Shown in pieces: positions 1-11,100 of a stretch of DNA of 64,000 nt. The number at the start of each line of letters is the position of its first letter. The stretch's first letter is position 1. A program made the translations under genes and the position numbers. Source of the DNA: Dicyema japonicum (lineage: Eukaryota; Animalia; Dicyemida); the NCBI GenBank assembly GCA_011109175.1, contig RDEW01000029.1, forward strand, positions 406,158 to 470,157, in the 5' to 3' direction. The notes beneath the pieces are model-generated. The model saw only the letters and a list, made by a program, of their open reading frames with translations. It had not been told where the DNA came from and did not search any database.

Positions 1-1698
1 TCAGTACCAAAAATAATAATTTTAGATAAGAAATTCATTCAAACGGATGTTTAAAGCAAGATCTTCCAAAGAAAGCCTAGCCTCAATGAAAATAATTCAA
101 GAAGCGCCTTTGACGTGATCATTGGATGTTATAGACTAGATCTAACAACTCTGTGGGAGACATCAGTGATCTCTGTAAGCTATTGAGGGAAAAGGAACTT
201 ACTGTGGCTGACTTACAGCTTGAGATTGTCGCACAGAGAAATATAATAAAAGAACTGGAAAGCAAGCTCGAAGATATCCAAAAAAGCCATCAGTCAACTG
301 TCATATCTAAACGGAGACTGAGTGGAGTGGGGATCTTTACAGATGACTACAAACTAAGTTTAATGTTGATTAATTAGTAAATTTGCGAGCAAGTCAAGGG
401 AATGAGTGGGAAGAAATAATGATATCATTCTATCTCCTCCAAAAAACCAAAGGAAAGAAGGTAGTCATTCAATATAACACCAAGAGTTTTATGGGGAATT
501 TACTAATAAACAAAAGTATAAGTTGGGTTAGTCTCTTCCAAAATGCCAGGAAAATATTCAAAGTATTACACAAGATATTTTAGAATTTTATTAATTTGAT
601 TGACTCAAGATCAAATATAGGGATTGGACCTGAAAGTATCCACGCCTTGGTCGTTGGAGAAAAGTCATGGCTTGTCGGTCTACACAATTTCTTTATTAAA
701 GATAAGAACGTCCCGGTCTCCTCCCCTTGTTCTCATTTCTCCGGCTTCCACGACAGTATCTCCATTCTGTTGAAGGGATCAAAACAAAAGGCAACGGACG
801 AGATTGCCTTTGACTTGCTAATTTCAAACAAACTGATCACACGTTATATGGAAGAGATCACTAAAAGTAGGAGACTGATACTCTACGGTCCACAGCTTAG
901 TGGGAAATTCCACCTGGCGACCTCATTGGCTGAGCATATAAGAGATATCACATCGTCTGTCAATTAAAGTGATTTTTAGTTCCAAAACAACCGTGGTCGA
1001 AATCAAAAAAATATTCACGTCTGAGACAACTGTTTTGTCTACCCTTATGATGAATTTTGTTGAGAAAAATGACTGCAAGAATATTATATTTGTAGTAAAG
1101 AATATAGAAACTTGTAAATATAATTATCTGGATGTTCAATTTAGAAAGTTCTTTGCTAAAATCAGAAATTTACAGTATTAAAGTCGATTACTTTTAGAAT
1201 TTACATAATTGGAACCTGCAGGATAAACTCGAAAATTGTTAAAGATTTGGAGATGGAGTACAAATTCAAAGTATTTCGTCTTCCACTTCACATGGAACCT
1301 TTGGAGAACATAATATCTAGGTTAATTGTGAGGGAAAGCATTAACACAAACAATTCTATGATCAATTTGGAGACTGACGTTGAGATTGGCAACTTTTTTA
1401 CATCTACTTTGGTATTTATAAACGACCTCCTGGAGTCTAACGATAAGGGGGACAAAGTCTTAGGTTTAATTGTACTTTACTCTTAGGTCCCTTTATATTT
1501 GCAAACTGTCCTTTGTCAGGGAGTAAATCTGACTGGTTTGTCCGGACGTGGAATGAAAAAGTGATCCCCATTTTGAGGAATTCTTTGGACTCTACTCCCA
1601 AGGTCGAACCCTTTGATTGGGTGATGGAAAAAATTCCATGGAAGATAAGTCGAATTTCATTAAATAGACTGGGGATAATATATAAACGAGGAAATTAA
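1..1698 (+). CDS. NAV: Neuron navigator / UNC-53 / sickie family protein, 3' portion (coiled coil + AAA+ domain), multi-exon; 5' end lies outside the window
   Basis: Spliced translation gives IRNSFKRMF, RRLILYGPQLSGKFHLATSLAEHI (Walker A region), IYIIGTC, GPFIFANCP..WFVRTWNEKVIPIL and EPFDWVMEKIPW, all matching recalled NAV C-terminal motifs. GT-AG introns such as 358-377 (20 nt), 563-583 (21 nt) and 955-979 (25 nt) join the ORF-track fragments in frame. Confidence 0.9.
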
Positions 1699-1747
1699 TA
1701 TTTAATATTTGTTTATTTATAAATTAAATTTTAATTATAATAAATAA

Positions 1748-1965
1748 ATGAGTGGTTGTGTGGATGATAATCTATCTGATTGTAGTAAAATATCTAATAA
1801 ATAGTACTATTTGAACTTTCTGAATTACTAAATACGGGACTTAATAGGGACACGTTGAATGTATGTATACAGTTGCTTGACTCGGGTGTTAATCCTGAAA
1901 CTCTTGCTGAGGTCGTCCAGGAATTACGGAAAGAACCCGATAAAGAAGTAAACTTTTTTATTTAA
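1748..1965 (+). CDS. MZT1: Mitotic-spindle organizing protein 1 (MOZART1/GIP), ~60 aa
   Basis: ATG at 1748 and a 23-nt intron (1782-1804) give MSGCVDDNLSDLLFELSELLNTGLNRDTLNVCIQLLDSGVNPETLAEVVQELRKE, matching the MZT1 signature LNTGL...GVNPE.L..V..ELR. A possible second intron (1948-1971) would move the stop slightly. Not in the ORF track. Confidence 0.92.
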
Positions 1966-2079
1966 AATTAGAAATAAAATTTGTTTAATATTTTTTAGTT
2001 TTCTATTTGTTTTGTTATTTAACATGATTTACTTTTACGGAAAACCCAATTAATCAATACGAATTTTATCCTTAAACGT

Positions 2080-2137
2080 GGCGTCATGCCTGTTGTTGTG
2101 GTGGCGCTCAGTGCGGCTTTTGCATGGAAGAGAACCG
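2080..2137 (+). ncRNA. Candidate HDV-like ribozyme leader, copy 1 (degenerate)
   Basis: P1 GGCGTC/GGCGCT, P4 TGC-7nt-GCA, and J4/2-like TGGAAGA. The 5' strand of P2 appears deleted. Homologous to 6719-6780 and 63456-63515. Confidence 0.4.
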
Positions 2138-2214
2138 TTCGACTTTCCCTACCTTTCTGCGATCTTCAGACGGGTAGCTTACCAATTCCCCAGTTTTCTC
2201 TCTACTACTTCTGT

Positions 2215-2238
2215 GATGTAGAACCTAATCCGGGACCC
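2215..2238 (+). other. 2A-like (StopGo) motif DVEPNPGP upstream of APE
   Basis: gat gta gaa cct aat ccg gga ccc = D-V-E-P-N-P-G-P, in frame with the APE start. Confidence 0.8.
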
Positions 2239-3479
2239 AACTGCACGTTGAGTATTCCACAACTAAATGTAAATGGAATCCGCAATAAAGTATTGGAATT
2301 ACGATCCCTCTTATCCGATTTGAGAGTGGACATTGCCCTCATCCAAGAATCGAAGTTTTCTATAAAGTCCCCAACACCATGTTTTCTTGGATGTTGTGTA
2401 CTTCGCAGGGACCAAACAAGAAGTTTCGGAGGAGGATTATTGACGATCGTTAAGGATGGACTTAAATTCACTGATGTCACCCCTTCTGTATTTTATCTCT
2501 TCGAAGGGGATCTGGTCAAGTACTACTTCCTACATCCCCAACCTATTGAGCCTGTGTGGACTAAAGGATCTGCTACTATGCGGAGACCTAAACGCGAAAA
2601 ATCCACTCTGGCTCCAGACTCAATCAGTCGACAGTCGCGGCGAATACATCCTTTCCCTGATCAATGATCTGACTATCCTTAATGATCCGGACACCCACAC
2701 AAAAACTCCGTCCCGGAAAAGGAACAGTCCGACATCCCCGCACCTGTCTCTCTGCTCTCCTTTTATGGCTGGATGTATTTCATGGAATTTTCGTTATGGT
2801 TTCTCAAGCGACCATAACCCCATTGTGTTGAGACTTAGAAGGCCTATTTGTTCACCGTGTTGTTCTACAAAGTTCAAAAATTACTTGAAAGCCGACTGGC
2901 AAGGTTTCAGGACGTATGTGGACAATAGTCTCCTTGACCTTACTATGGTTAATTGCACAGTAGAGGAGACGGCCAAGATTCTGTCCGCTATCATTCTGAA
3001 AGCTGATAAACTATTTATACCTGTCGCCTCTTACAAGAAGTTCAATCCAAGATTATCATCACAAATTGTGTCACTCATCAAGAAACGAGATGCGCTGAAG
3101 AGGAATAGAACACAGACCAATAACTCCTTATACTCCATACGTTCATTGAATACCAAATTATCTGAGCTTATCCGAACTAACAACAGACTCAAATTGAGTC
3201 GCCTAGTCGGACGACTATGTGACAAAAACTCTTGTGCCACATTTTGAAAAGCGCTAAGAAGGAAAAACCCTACCTACTACCAATGATCAGGACACCATGT
3301 TTTGGTCCTATGCGGACGACCTAATTATCGCTGCAAGAAATAAATCTCCTTTCATGGCTGTAGCAACTGTTCAGATACACCTAAACCTAATTTGTGACTG
3401 GCTATCTGCAAATACGTGATTAGTTAGTTTGTTTAAGCGTGATCTCTGGTGATTTTATTATTATTAATAGCAATATCCG

Positions 3480-4020
3480 CGGAACCATAAAAATTAACTA
3501 ATTTGAGATTTTACTTTTACCATGCATCTCTGGATACGCCCTGCAATACATGGCCGACTAAAAATTAACACATAATACTTGGAGAATATGGACGCTATGA
3601 TATCTCGAATAATAGTAGGAGGATCCACATGCGCAATAAGATGTGAAGAAACCAGAAAAACACCAAGTTTATTACAACCTGTGTACGAATAATGATTTGG
3701 TTCCTTGGATGTCAAACCTCGACGCCAAAAGAGTCAGATAAATGTTTCAATCTTCTTCCATTCAGATTGGTTGTACCACACCCAAAAGCAACATGTTTTG
3801 AATTAAGATCTCCAACCAAATAGAGTAGTCAATAAAAAACTGGCTGATACTGTCCACACAATTATAAGAATCTTCGAATACATTGCCTTGATGGTAATCC
3901 ACACATCGTCACAGCAAAAGTCAACAGAGGTAAATTCACAACCAGTATTCCGTATGACTTGGGGTTTTAGAGTGCATTGATGTCGACGATAAAAAAGACG
4001 TACACGTGCCGGCAACAGCT
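3480..4020 (-). mobile_element. Jockey/I-like APE remnant (paralog of 7540-7910)
   Basis: Near-collinear DNA similarity to 7560-7900. Translation includes KEPNHYSY and NSKHV motifs. Confidence 0.6.
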
Positions 4021-4464
4021 ACTTCCTTCCATCTTATATCTACAGACGAAAACCCTCTAGGATGAAATCTTCTCCTTCTCTGATTTAAGTCTCGTTAACA
4101 ACGATAATATCAGCCACCTAGACTTTCAACAGTAATGAAAGTTCATCATGCCTTTTTCGAATGGATCTGGCAGTCACCAGCTTGGTATAACATTAGACTT
4201 CAACCAGCATATAAAGTATGTTATAAACCATAGAACATATGAAACAAGTCATCAATAGAGACTGTAGTGGTACATCTTTTAGGCAACAAAGAATATCTAT
4301 GCTGCTAAATAAATTGTTACTAATTATGCCTGTCAAGCATATTTACAGTTCTCTTAACCTGGAAATCAAAAAAAATACAGAATATTGTCTTACGGATTTC
4401 ATCATCTAGACGGTGTATGTTAAGAGAGATGACGTACTCTCTTGCCAAAGAAAGTCTCAGAGGA

Positions 4465-5050
4465 AACGAACCTAAAGCTATTTGATTCCTTGTACAACTG
4501 GAACCTTTAGATCTCCACAAATAAAACTCGAAATAATAAACCTTTCTCTCAGTCTGAATAATAAGTATTTGAATTGGCAAAAAATGGGTTAATGTTTTAT
4601 TTTTTTGAGGCAATGAACCTAAATCAATTTGATTCCTTGTACAACTGCAACCTTATATAAGACTCGACAGAATAAACCATTCTCTCAGTCTGAATGGAAA
4701 GTATTTGAATTCACAAAAAATGGATTAATGTTTCATTTCTTTGATTTAATGAACCTAAAGCCATTTGAATCCTTATACAACTGGAACATTTAGATCTCGA
4801 CTGTCCAAACATAGGACATGTCAAAATAAACCTTTCTCTCAGTCTGAATGGAAAATATTTGAATTGACAAAAAATGGGTTAATGTTTTATTTTTTTAGAT
4901 AACGAACCTAGATCCATTTGATTTCTTGTACAACTGGAACCTATAGATCTCGACTGTCCAAATATAAGACTCGACAAAATAAACATCTCTCTCAGTCTAA
5001 ATGGAAAGTGTTTGAATTCGCAAAAAATTAGGTCATTGTTTTATTTTTTG
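4465..5050. repeat. Diverged tandem repeat, about 4 units of ~135-155 bp
   Basis: Units begin gaaccta(a)a at ~4470, 4615, 4751 and 4904. They share ttccttgtacaactggaacc, ctctcagtctgaatggaaa and caaaaaatgggttaatgtttt. Confidence 0.85.
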
Positions 5051-5740
5051 ACATAGTTACAGATCTGCTTTTTCATACTAGAAAAGCTGAAAACGTTTAG
5101 GGATCAATTTGTCCTCGGCCATTCGCAGTAGAAACTTCGGGGCTTATGCTTCGCCCCGATTTCGTTTAAGAGTTCGAGTCTGGTCGTACCAGTCATCAGA
5201 GATGCTATCCGAGAAATTGGAATCGCAATCTCTTCTGGTTGGGATATCCTCTAGAGCGGCATTGGTTTCGTGAACGCCTCGGAATTGCCATCGTTCGCGA
5301 CAATGCTCACTGTCTCTTGCTACTGCTGTCCGATTTGTAATAATAAATTTTTGATACTAAAAATATATTTGTCTAATCCATCGTTTCTAAGTGCCAAGAA
5401 TGTGAGATTCCAAGGAAAATCTAGAATATTCAACCACTTAAGTTCCAAATGAACGAATGAACGACTCTATTAATCAGGGAATGAAAGGTTGGGGTAGTTT
5501 ATTAAAGTCTTGCCTCTAGTCATGGACAATCCGCTAGAGTCCTTCTTCTCCATAGTTATCCAGATTTGCAAGTGGGGTCCAAACGAGGGATCCAGGAGTC
5601 CAGTCAAACGTTGACTCCCAAAGTCTTAAATAGTGATTCTACATAATGGTTAAATTATATTATATAGTTTGTGTTAGACACAGATGCCCTATTTATAACA
5701 AATATTCCAATCTTAATGAGTAAGCCTGTTTAAATGAAAG

Positions 5741-6430
5741 TTAATTATTATCATTATTTGTATAATTATTTTTGAAGATTGCACATATTTGAATGATCTA
5801 AAATATATAATTATCATAAACTATTGAAAATGAGCATACATAGGAAACAAATAATATTTGTCCACCATGTACTACTGTAATACGCTTAAAAGTACGTTCA
5901 CAAAGCTAAGTAATTTATAAATCATTACCACACCCACTTCATCTTCCAGAAATACAAATTTACAATTTAACTATAAATAATAATTACAATAACTGCATTT
6001 TCAATAAATTTAGGCTTATTTGATTCAAATATATAATCAATTAACCATTCTCTAATGTGGATTGCTGAGAAGATCACAATTATGGTAACATTGAATATCA
6101 AAATAAAAAATGAAATATCAAAAGCTAAAAATATAATAATTTACAACAGTTATATTTATCGGTTTAGTAATTTTCCAAATCCTTACAATTCCAAGTGTCG
6201 TCACGGGAATATAGAAAGTAGCAGTAATCAAGATACATGAAACTGAAACCCAAAAAAAGATTGGCGAATCAGTATCATCATAATTATTGATATATGCATT
6301 TATGAAGAACCCACCTCCAACAAATAGTCCAATAGAAGTTCCCTAACAATTAAAGTTATCATACAGATAAAAATATAGTTAAAATTATTGTATTTGCTAT
6401 AAACACGAATCGTTCAAATAGTATAGCCAT
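5741..6430 (-). CDS. Four-TM, tetraspanin-like membrane protein (~190 aa, 5 micro-introns); one apparent 1-nt frameshift in a homopolymer near 6100
   Basis: ATG at 6430. Five GT-AG introns of 22-24 nt give MAILFERFVFIANTIILTIFLS-GTSIGLFVGGGFF...IFFWVSVSCILITATFYIPV...FNVTIIVIFSAIH...LNCKF..LCERTF..GQILFVSYVCSFSIIIQICAIF, with the stop at 5741-5743. Hydrophobic segments flank a two-Cys loop. No CCG motif. Confidence 0.7.
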
Positions 6431-6627
6431 TAATTAGAACACTTCATAAGTCTTTATTATATATTTGGTTAACCTTTGTAAATAATATTTAATAATAAAA
6501 TTATAATATTTATTTTATATTTTATTAACACTACTTCTATTTTGGTTGAGTTGGTGTCTCAATAGCACAAAGTCTTAATCACATATGAGGCTATCCGAAG
6601 AGTTTACCGTTCTATCGTTTAATGTCA

Positions 6628-6960
6628 TTAGACGCGTGGCGTTATGTGGTGCTGCGTGGTTAATCGGTTGAAGTTTTCTGATTGCTTGTCTCTTCATCTT
6701 CTCTCTTCCTATTAGAGTGGCGTCATGTGATCCACCTGGCTAGGTGACGCTTAGTGCCAGGCCGGCATGAAAAAGAATCATTTGCTTTCCCCACTCTACT
6801 GGAGGGGATTCCACAACTGCATGTATTGGACGTCTTATCTTTTATGCTGATTCCGGATGGAATCTGTTTCTGTAGAAGTGGAAACTAGATACAATAATTA
6901 ATTGTTTACTTTAACTTCTTTCGCGGTGCATCCGGGGTTAATAAATAAATAAAAAATAAA
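6628..6960 (+). mobile_element. Short non-autonomous derivative of the I/Ingi-like LINE (RIME/NARTc-like)
   Basis: Contains the LINE 5' leader (6719-6796) and the LINE 3' end cttctttcgcggtgcatccggggttaataaa, compared with ctttctttctcggtgttccggggttattaaa at the 49.8-kb LINE end (minus strand). Candidate TSD TAATGTCA at 6620-6627 and 6961-6968. Confidence 0.6.
6719..6780 (+). ncRNA. Candidate HDV-like ribozyme leader, copy 2
   Basis: GGCGTC-ATG-TGATCC-ACC-TGGCTA-GGT-GACGCT-TAG-TGC(caggccg)GCA-TGAAAAA-GAATCA. P1, P2, P3 and P4 can all pair in HDV order. The catalytic-C position is T. Confidence 0.55.
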
Positions 6961-7539
6961 TAATGTCAGAGGCTTGAAATATATCTACAAACGAATATGC
7001 CAAGAATACTTACAGTGCCATTATTGGATGCTTAAGTGTGGACTATTTGAGTTACATAATGATTACCGATTTATCCTCCTACGATCAGAACTTTACCACT
7101 ATGGAGAGGGTTCGCTATTCACAAGAGTTATTTGAATTCAATCTAAAAGTTTTATTACATGAACGATGGATGATAGTCTCGTGTGTGGCACAGGCGGGAA
7201 CTTAATTATTTATTTGAATCATTTGTTCCTATTATAGACCAATACACTTTCCGAGGAACCATATCAGCTATCGGTCCCCTCAGGCAGAACACACACTTTA
7301 TTTTAAGCAGAGAACAGTTATCATAGCTAATCGATTAGGGAGAATCGAGAAAAGCTATTCACTTTTTTGTTTTCTTTTTCTTGGGTGTGTGGGCTATTTA
7401 GACGATCCGGTTTGCTTTCATAGCACTCACACCATGCAACAATATAGACATCGATAAAGAACATATCCGTCATAAAAGTCCTGTAATGACTGACATTATT
7501 AGCATTAAATTTCATAAAACCCCGCAATACATGGTAGAC

Positions 7540-7910
7540 TTTAAATTGACACATAAGACTTGGGGAATATGGTAGCTTCCGATATCTGAAGACACCAGAA
7601 AAACATCAGGTTTATCACAACATGTGTACGAATAATGATTTGGTTCCTTGAATGTCAAAACCTTGACGCCAAAAGAGTCTAATAAATGTCCTAATCTTCG
7701 TCCATCCTGGTTGTTCATGCCACACCAAAAAGCAACATGTTTAGAATTAAGAACCAAAATAGATATCAGATAGTCAATAAAAAACTGGCTGATACTGTCC
7801 ACAAAATTAATGGTAATCCACATATCGTCACATCAAATGTCAACAGAGTAAACTACAATCCTGTTACGTATGACTTGGGGCCTTTGAGTGTATAGATGTA
7901 TGCGAAATAT
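7540..7910 (-). mobile_element. Jockey/I-like APE remnant
   Basis: LNSKHVAFWCGMNNQDGRRLGHLLDS..KEPNHYSY resembles the APE GDFNxKH..W..N..G motif. Confidence 0.6.
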
Positions 7911-8479
7911 TATTACCACACATTGACGAGTTTGTATTCTAGTGATTCTTTTCTTAGGATACCGTATATCAGTTCGCTTTGTTTGCTGCATGTTAGCTCT
8001 TGTGTACTTTATAACCTTAACCTCCAGTTAAATCTGTTTTGATTACGAAATGGCATTTAGTAGTCACTTTGTCATTTTTTATATGTCGATGACCTGCTAT
8101 AACTATAACGAACTTTATTATCAAAGTTATGCAAATAGGGTATTTTGAGGCTCCTTTTATCACAAGTCCTTCCGAAGGTTTGAATGTCCTCCTGCAACTT
8201 CAGATCCTTCTTATAATTGATTTTGTGCTGTGATTTATGTTTTTTAAGAAATTCGTTATCGTTTTCTTTGTTCCTTTATAATTCACAAAAATCAAAATGT
8301 AAAGACTCCAACAGGAATGATAAAATGATTAATTGGGGGTCATTAATTGGTTTTATCTAAATCTAGAAACATTCCTTAATGTGTATAAAGGAATTCCTAT
8401 CGAATTCAATATATTGTTATAAGATTTCCAAGGAGTCAAAAAGTTAATTAAGCTTCTCTTGTCAGAATCTTTCTGATTG

Positions 8480-8775
8480 ACGCTTAGAATGCCCCTGCAA
8501 ATATAATAATGGACGATTACTTTAACAATGAGAACAAACCATCGTTCAGAAGAAGACCCAGAGTCACTCTACCCGTGGCTCTGAACAATAATTTTAATGG
8601 AATTGGAAGAAAACTTAAATCTGCAGAAGACCTAGAAGATCTACGGACAGATGCGCAAAGCAGAGGGCGATGGGGACGCCTAGTGAAGCAAATTTCTGAA
8701 CGTATAGCACAAAAAGGACCTTAGTTAATATAACGTTCTTTGGTTCTATGAAAGTGCTTTTTAATAATAAAAATA
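8480..8775 (+). mobile_element. RTE LINE 3' end remnant
   Basis: MDDYF..FRRRPRVTLPVAL..AEDLEDLR..RGRWGRL is homologous to the C-terminus of the 27-28 kb RTE. It ends in the same gaaagtgcttt(taa)n tail. Confidence 0.75.
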
Positions 8776-8999
8776 AGAACGCAGGTGGACCAAATCGATG
8801 AACTCTGGTGAAGGTAGAATCGAATATCTTTCTGATTGACGACCTATCTTAAAAAAGCAAAACCAATGAATAGAATGACTTTATTTTTATCTGAATTCTT
8901 ATACTAGATCACACGTTTTTTGGAGAACCCTAGGATGATAAATTCCAGACAGACGCCACTCAGTTTTTCTCTCAAATAAAAAATTTGTCTTATCCGTCC

Positions 9000-9615
9000 G
9001 TAACCAGGCCAACTTATTAATGGGTCACTATGCGAAGATTAACCACATTCTTTCCCCGAGAGGACTCCGCTGTATGAGACTATATGCTCCGAAGTCAACA
9101 GAGGTTTTCATTATTCGAAATCTCTAATTACGCAACTTTTTAACAACGATCGAAACTCGAATAAAAGATGGCTTGATCCTCCTTTGGAAAGACAACTGCT
9201 CATTCCGTCTTCTTCCCCGCAAATATGGTATTTCTCAAATTCAATGCATCGAAATGCAATTTCTGGCATCTGACACATCTGATTACAGAGTCTTGATACC
9301 ATTGACTGCGGATTTTCTGAAAACCAACGTGTAATCCAGATCTTATAAGAGACGTCCCCAACCATGGAATACCTTACGGAGCGTCACCGGGACTTCCTCA
9401 AGATGGCAAAGTCCTCTGACCATCCCCTCGGGCACCAAATCAAACTATATATGGACGCCTGCCCGAGATATGAGAAGAAACTTCCCCGTTGTTGAGATTA
9501 ATCCAGGACTCCAAAACTAACCGCAGGAAAAGCACTGGCATGGACACCGGGATCACTTAATTAGACTATACCTTTTATCCTCTTTCTCGTGGTTTCGGAG
9601 TTAATAAAATAAATT
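9000..9615 (+). mobile_element. I/Ingi-like LINE 3' remnant
   Basis: Ends ..GIT* followed by gggatcacttaa..ctttctcgtggtttcggagttaataaaataaa, the family 3' end. Confidence 0.55.
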
Positions 9616-10259
9616 ATACGTAGCCTCAGCTATGTATTTGACGGTCAATTTTCAACACTAAGGTTGTAACCATCTTTCTTGAAGCGATAAAAAGAAATTT
9701 CTGGCTGATGAGTAACAAACAAAAATGCACAAAGATTTTTGTCAGTAACCCATGAGGGATTCCCTCTTCAGAACCACTTCTGATGGACGTATACTCAGTT
9801 TGGAAACTCTGCCCATTCACATCAAATGGGGAACTTTTCAAGCTCCGTAGTAAAAGCATTACGGTCGTTAATATTGGAGATTAAGTGTGAAAGAGCCGGA
9901 TTTCCTCAGACTAATTCGAGCTTTACTCGAATTTCCAAATTGGCCAGAGTGTTAAAACAATAAATCGTTCCAAACACAGGATTAGTGATCACAAAAGAGA
10001 GCACTAGTGAGTTTGTCATATCCACTTACTGGGCAATTGCTTCCAGCGAAGACTTTTCATCACTTCGATTAGGAATATCTTTAGCGTTCTCAACAGTATT
10101 CTTTTCCAAGAACTTTCCAAAACTTTGGTCATATCTTTTTTCAATAATATTATTTTTAGGTACTTTTTTCACAACAGACATAATCACAACAAAACCACGT
10201 TTTGTATAAAATCAGGTTGCAAATTTATTATATAATCCGTTAAATTCAGCTTGTTTCAA

Positions 10260-11100
10260 CATTAATGGACCAACTCGTACAGTTCAATTTCAATTAAGCA
10301 AATATAGTATTTATAGAAGGTTGATTAATAGATTTGCAGCATTGAGCTTCGTATGTAGCAGTCCGACGATCCTCTTCTTTACGTTTTCCGTGGTCGTCCT
10401 CAAAATATCTTTCTTCGTGAAGTTGCTGGAATAATCATCTAAATTCAATGTGAGAGGAATTGCGACCTCACTGCAAAGGACCTTAGTCGTTATGAAGTTT
10501 CTGTAGCCTGCCTTTAGGAAACAAAGTAAAAAGAATGAAGTCGTGGGAGCATACAAAGTTATACTGCTATAACCACAATGCAGACACTATGTACAGAGAT
10601 TTACTATTTATCGACGCTATGCCAATACGATTCAAAGATGTTGGAGTGTAAGTGACAGGATCTCGGTCTTCATCTGAGGTTGGGAAAAACGCTGACTACG
10701 GTTATCAACGCATATACTATGGGCCTAACAATGAAGTGTCCAGATGAAGTTGAAAACTTCTACACGCCACTCGCGATGACCATGGACGATCTCAGACAGA
10801 GAAAACAGCGGAATGGTGAGATAGTTCCGATTTACAATATACTGTGTAAGCGTGAATTCAAATGCATGCTTATGGACTCGCGATCTTATGGAGGCACTAT
10901 TCTACTGAGTGTCATCTCTCGCTTTAAATAGGAAGAAGTGAAGGAGTGATCAAAAGAAAACATAACAAACACAACTCTGAAAGATTGGTGGCAAATAATC
11001 TGAACATAAATAGCGTCATCCACAAAAGATTCGTGATAAAGTGGATGTCTTCGTCTCAAAGTTGGACATGAGAGGCCCACCAAGTCAGCGGTAGACTGCA
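10260..11100 (-). mobile_element. Decayed RTE RT fragment
   Basis: SFVDDAIYV (YxDD-like) and DDYSSNF..GRPRKT remnants. Many stops. Confidence 0.5.

Larger units (their letters stand above)
2080..3420 (+). mobile_element. I/Ingi-like non-LTR retrotransposon remnant (leader, 2A, APE endonuclease, small RT piece)
   Basis: ORFs 2086-2667 and 2456-3247 contain QLNVNGIR..LIQESK, GGGLLTIVK, LLCGDLNAK and SSDHNPI (APE motifs). A YADD-containing RT fragment lies near 3300-3400. Frameshifted. Confidence 0.85.

Noticed and set aside
4465-5050. CRISPR array
   Set aside because: Eukaryotic context, long diverged units and no unique spacers.
5170-5199. CTGATGA-CTGG-tacga-CCAG hammerhead-like hairpin (minus strand)
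   Set aside because: Followed by ACTCGAAC rather than GAAA, and no stems I or III were found.
9640-10250. Possible host gene on the minus strand with intron gtaagtggatatgacaaactcactag
   Set aside because: No splice combination gave a continuous frame and no homology was recognised.
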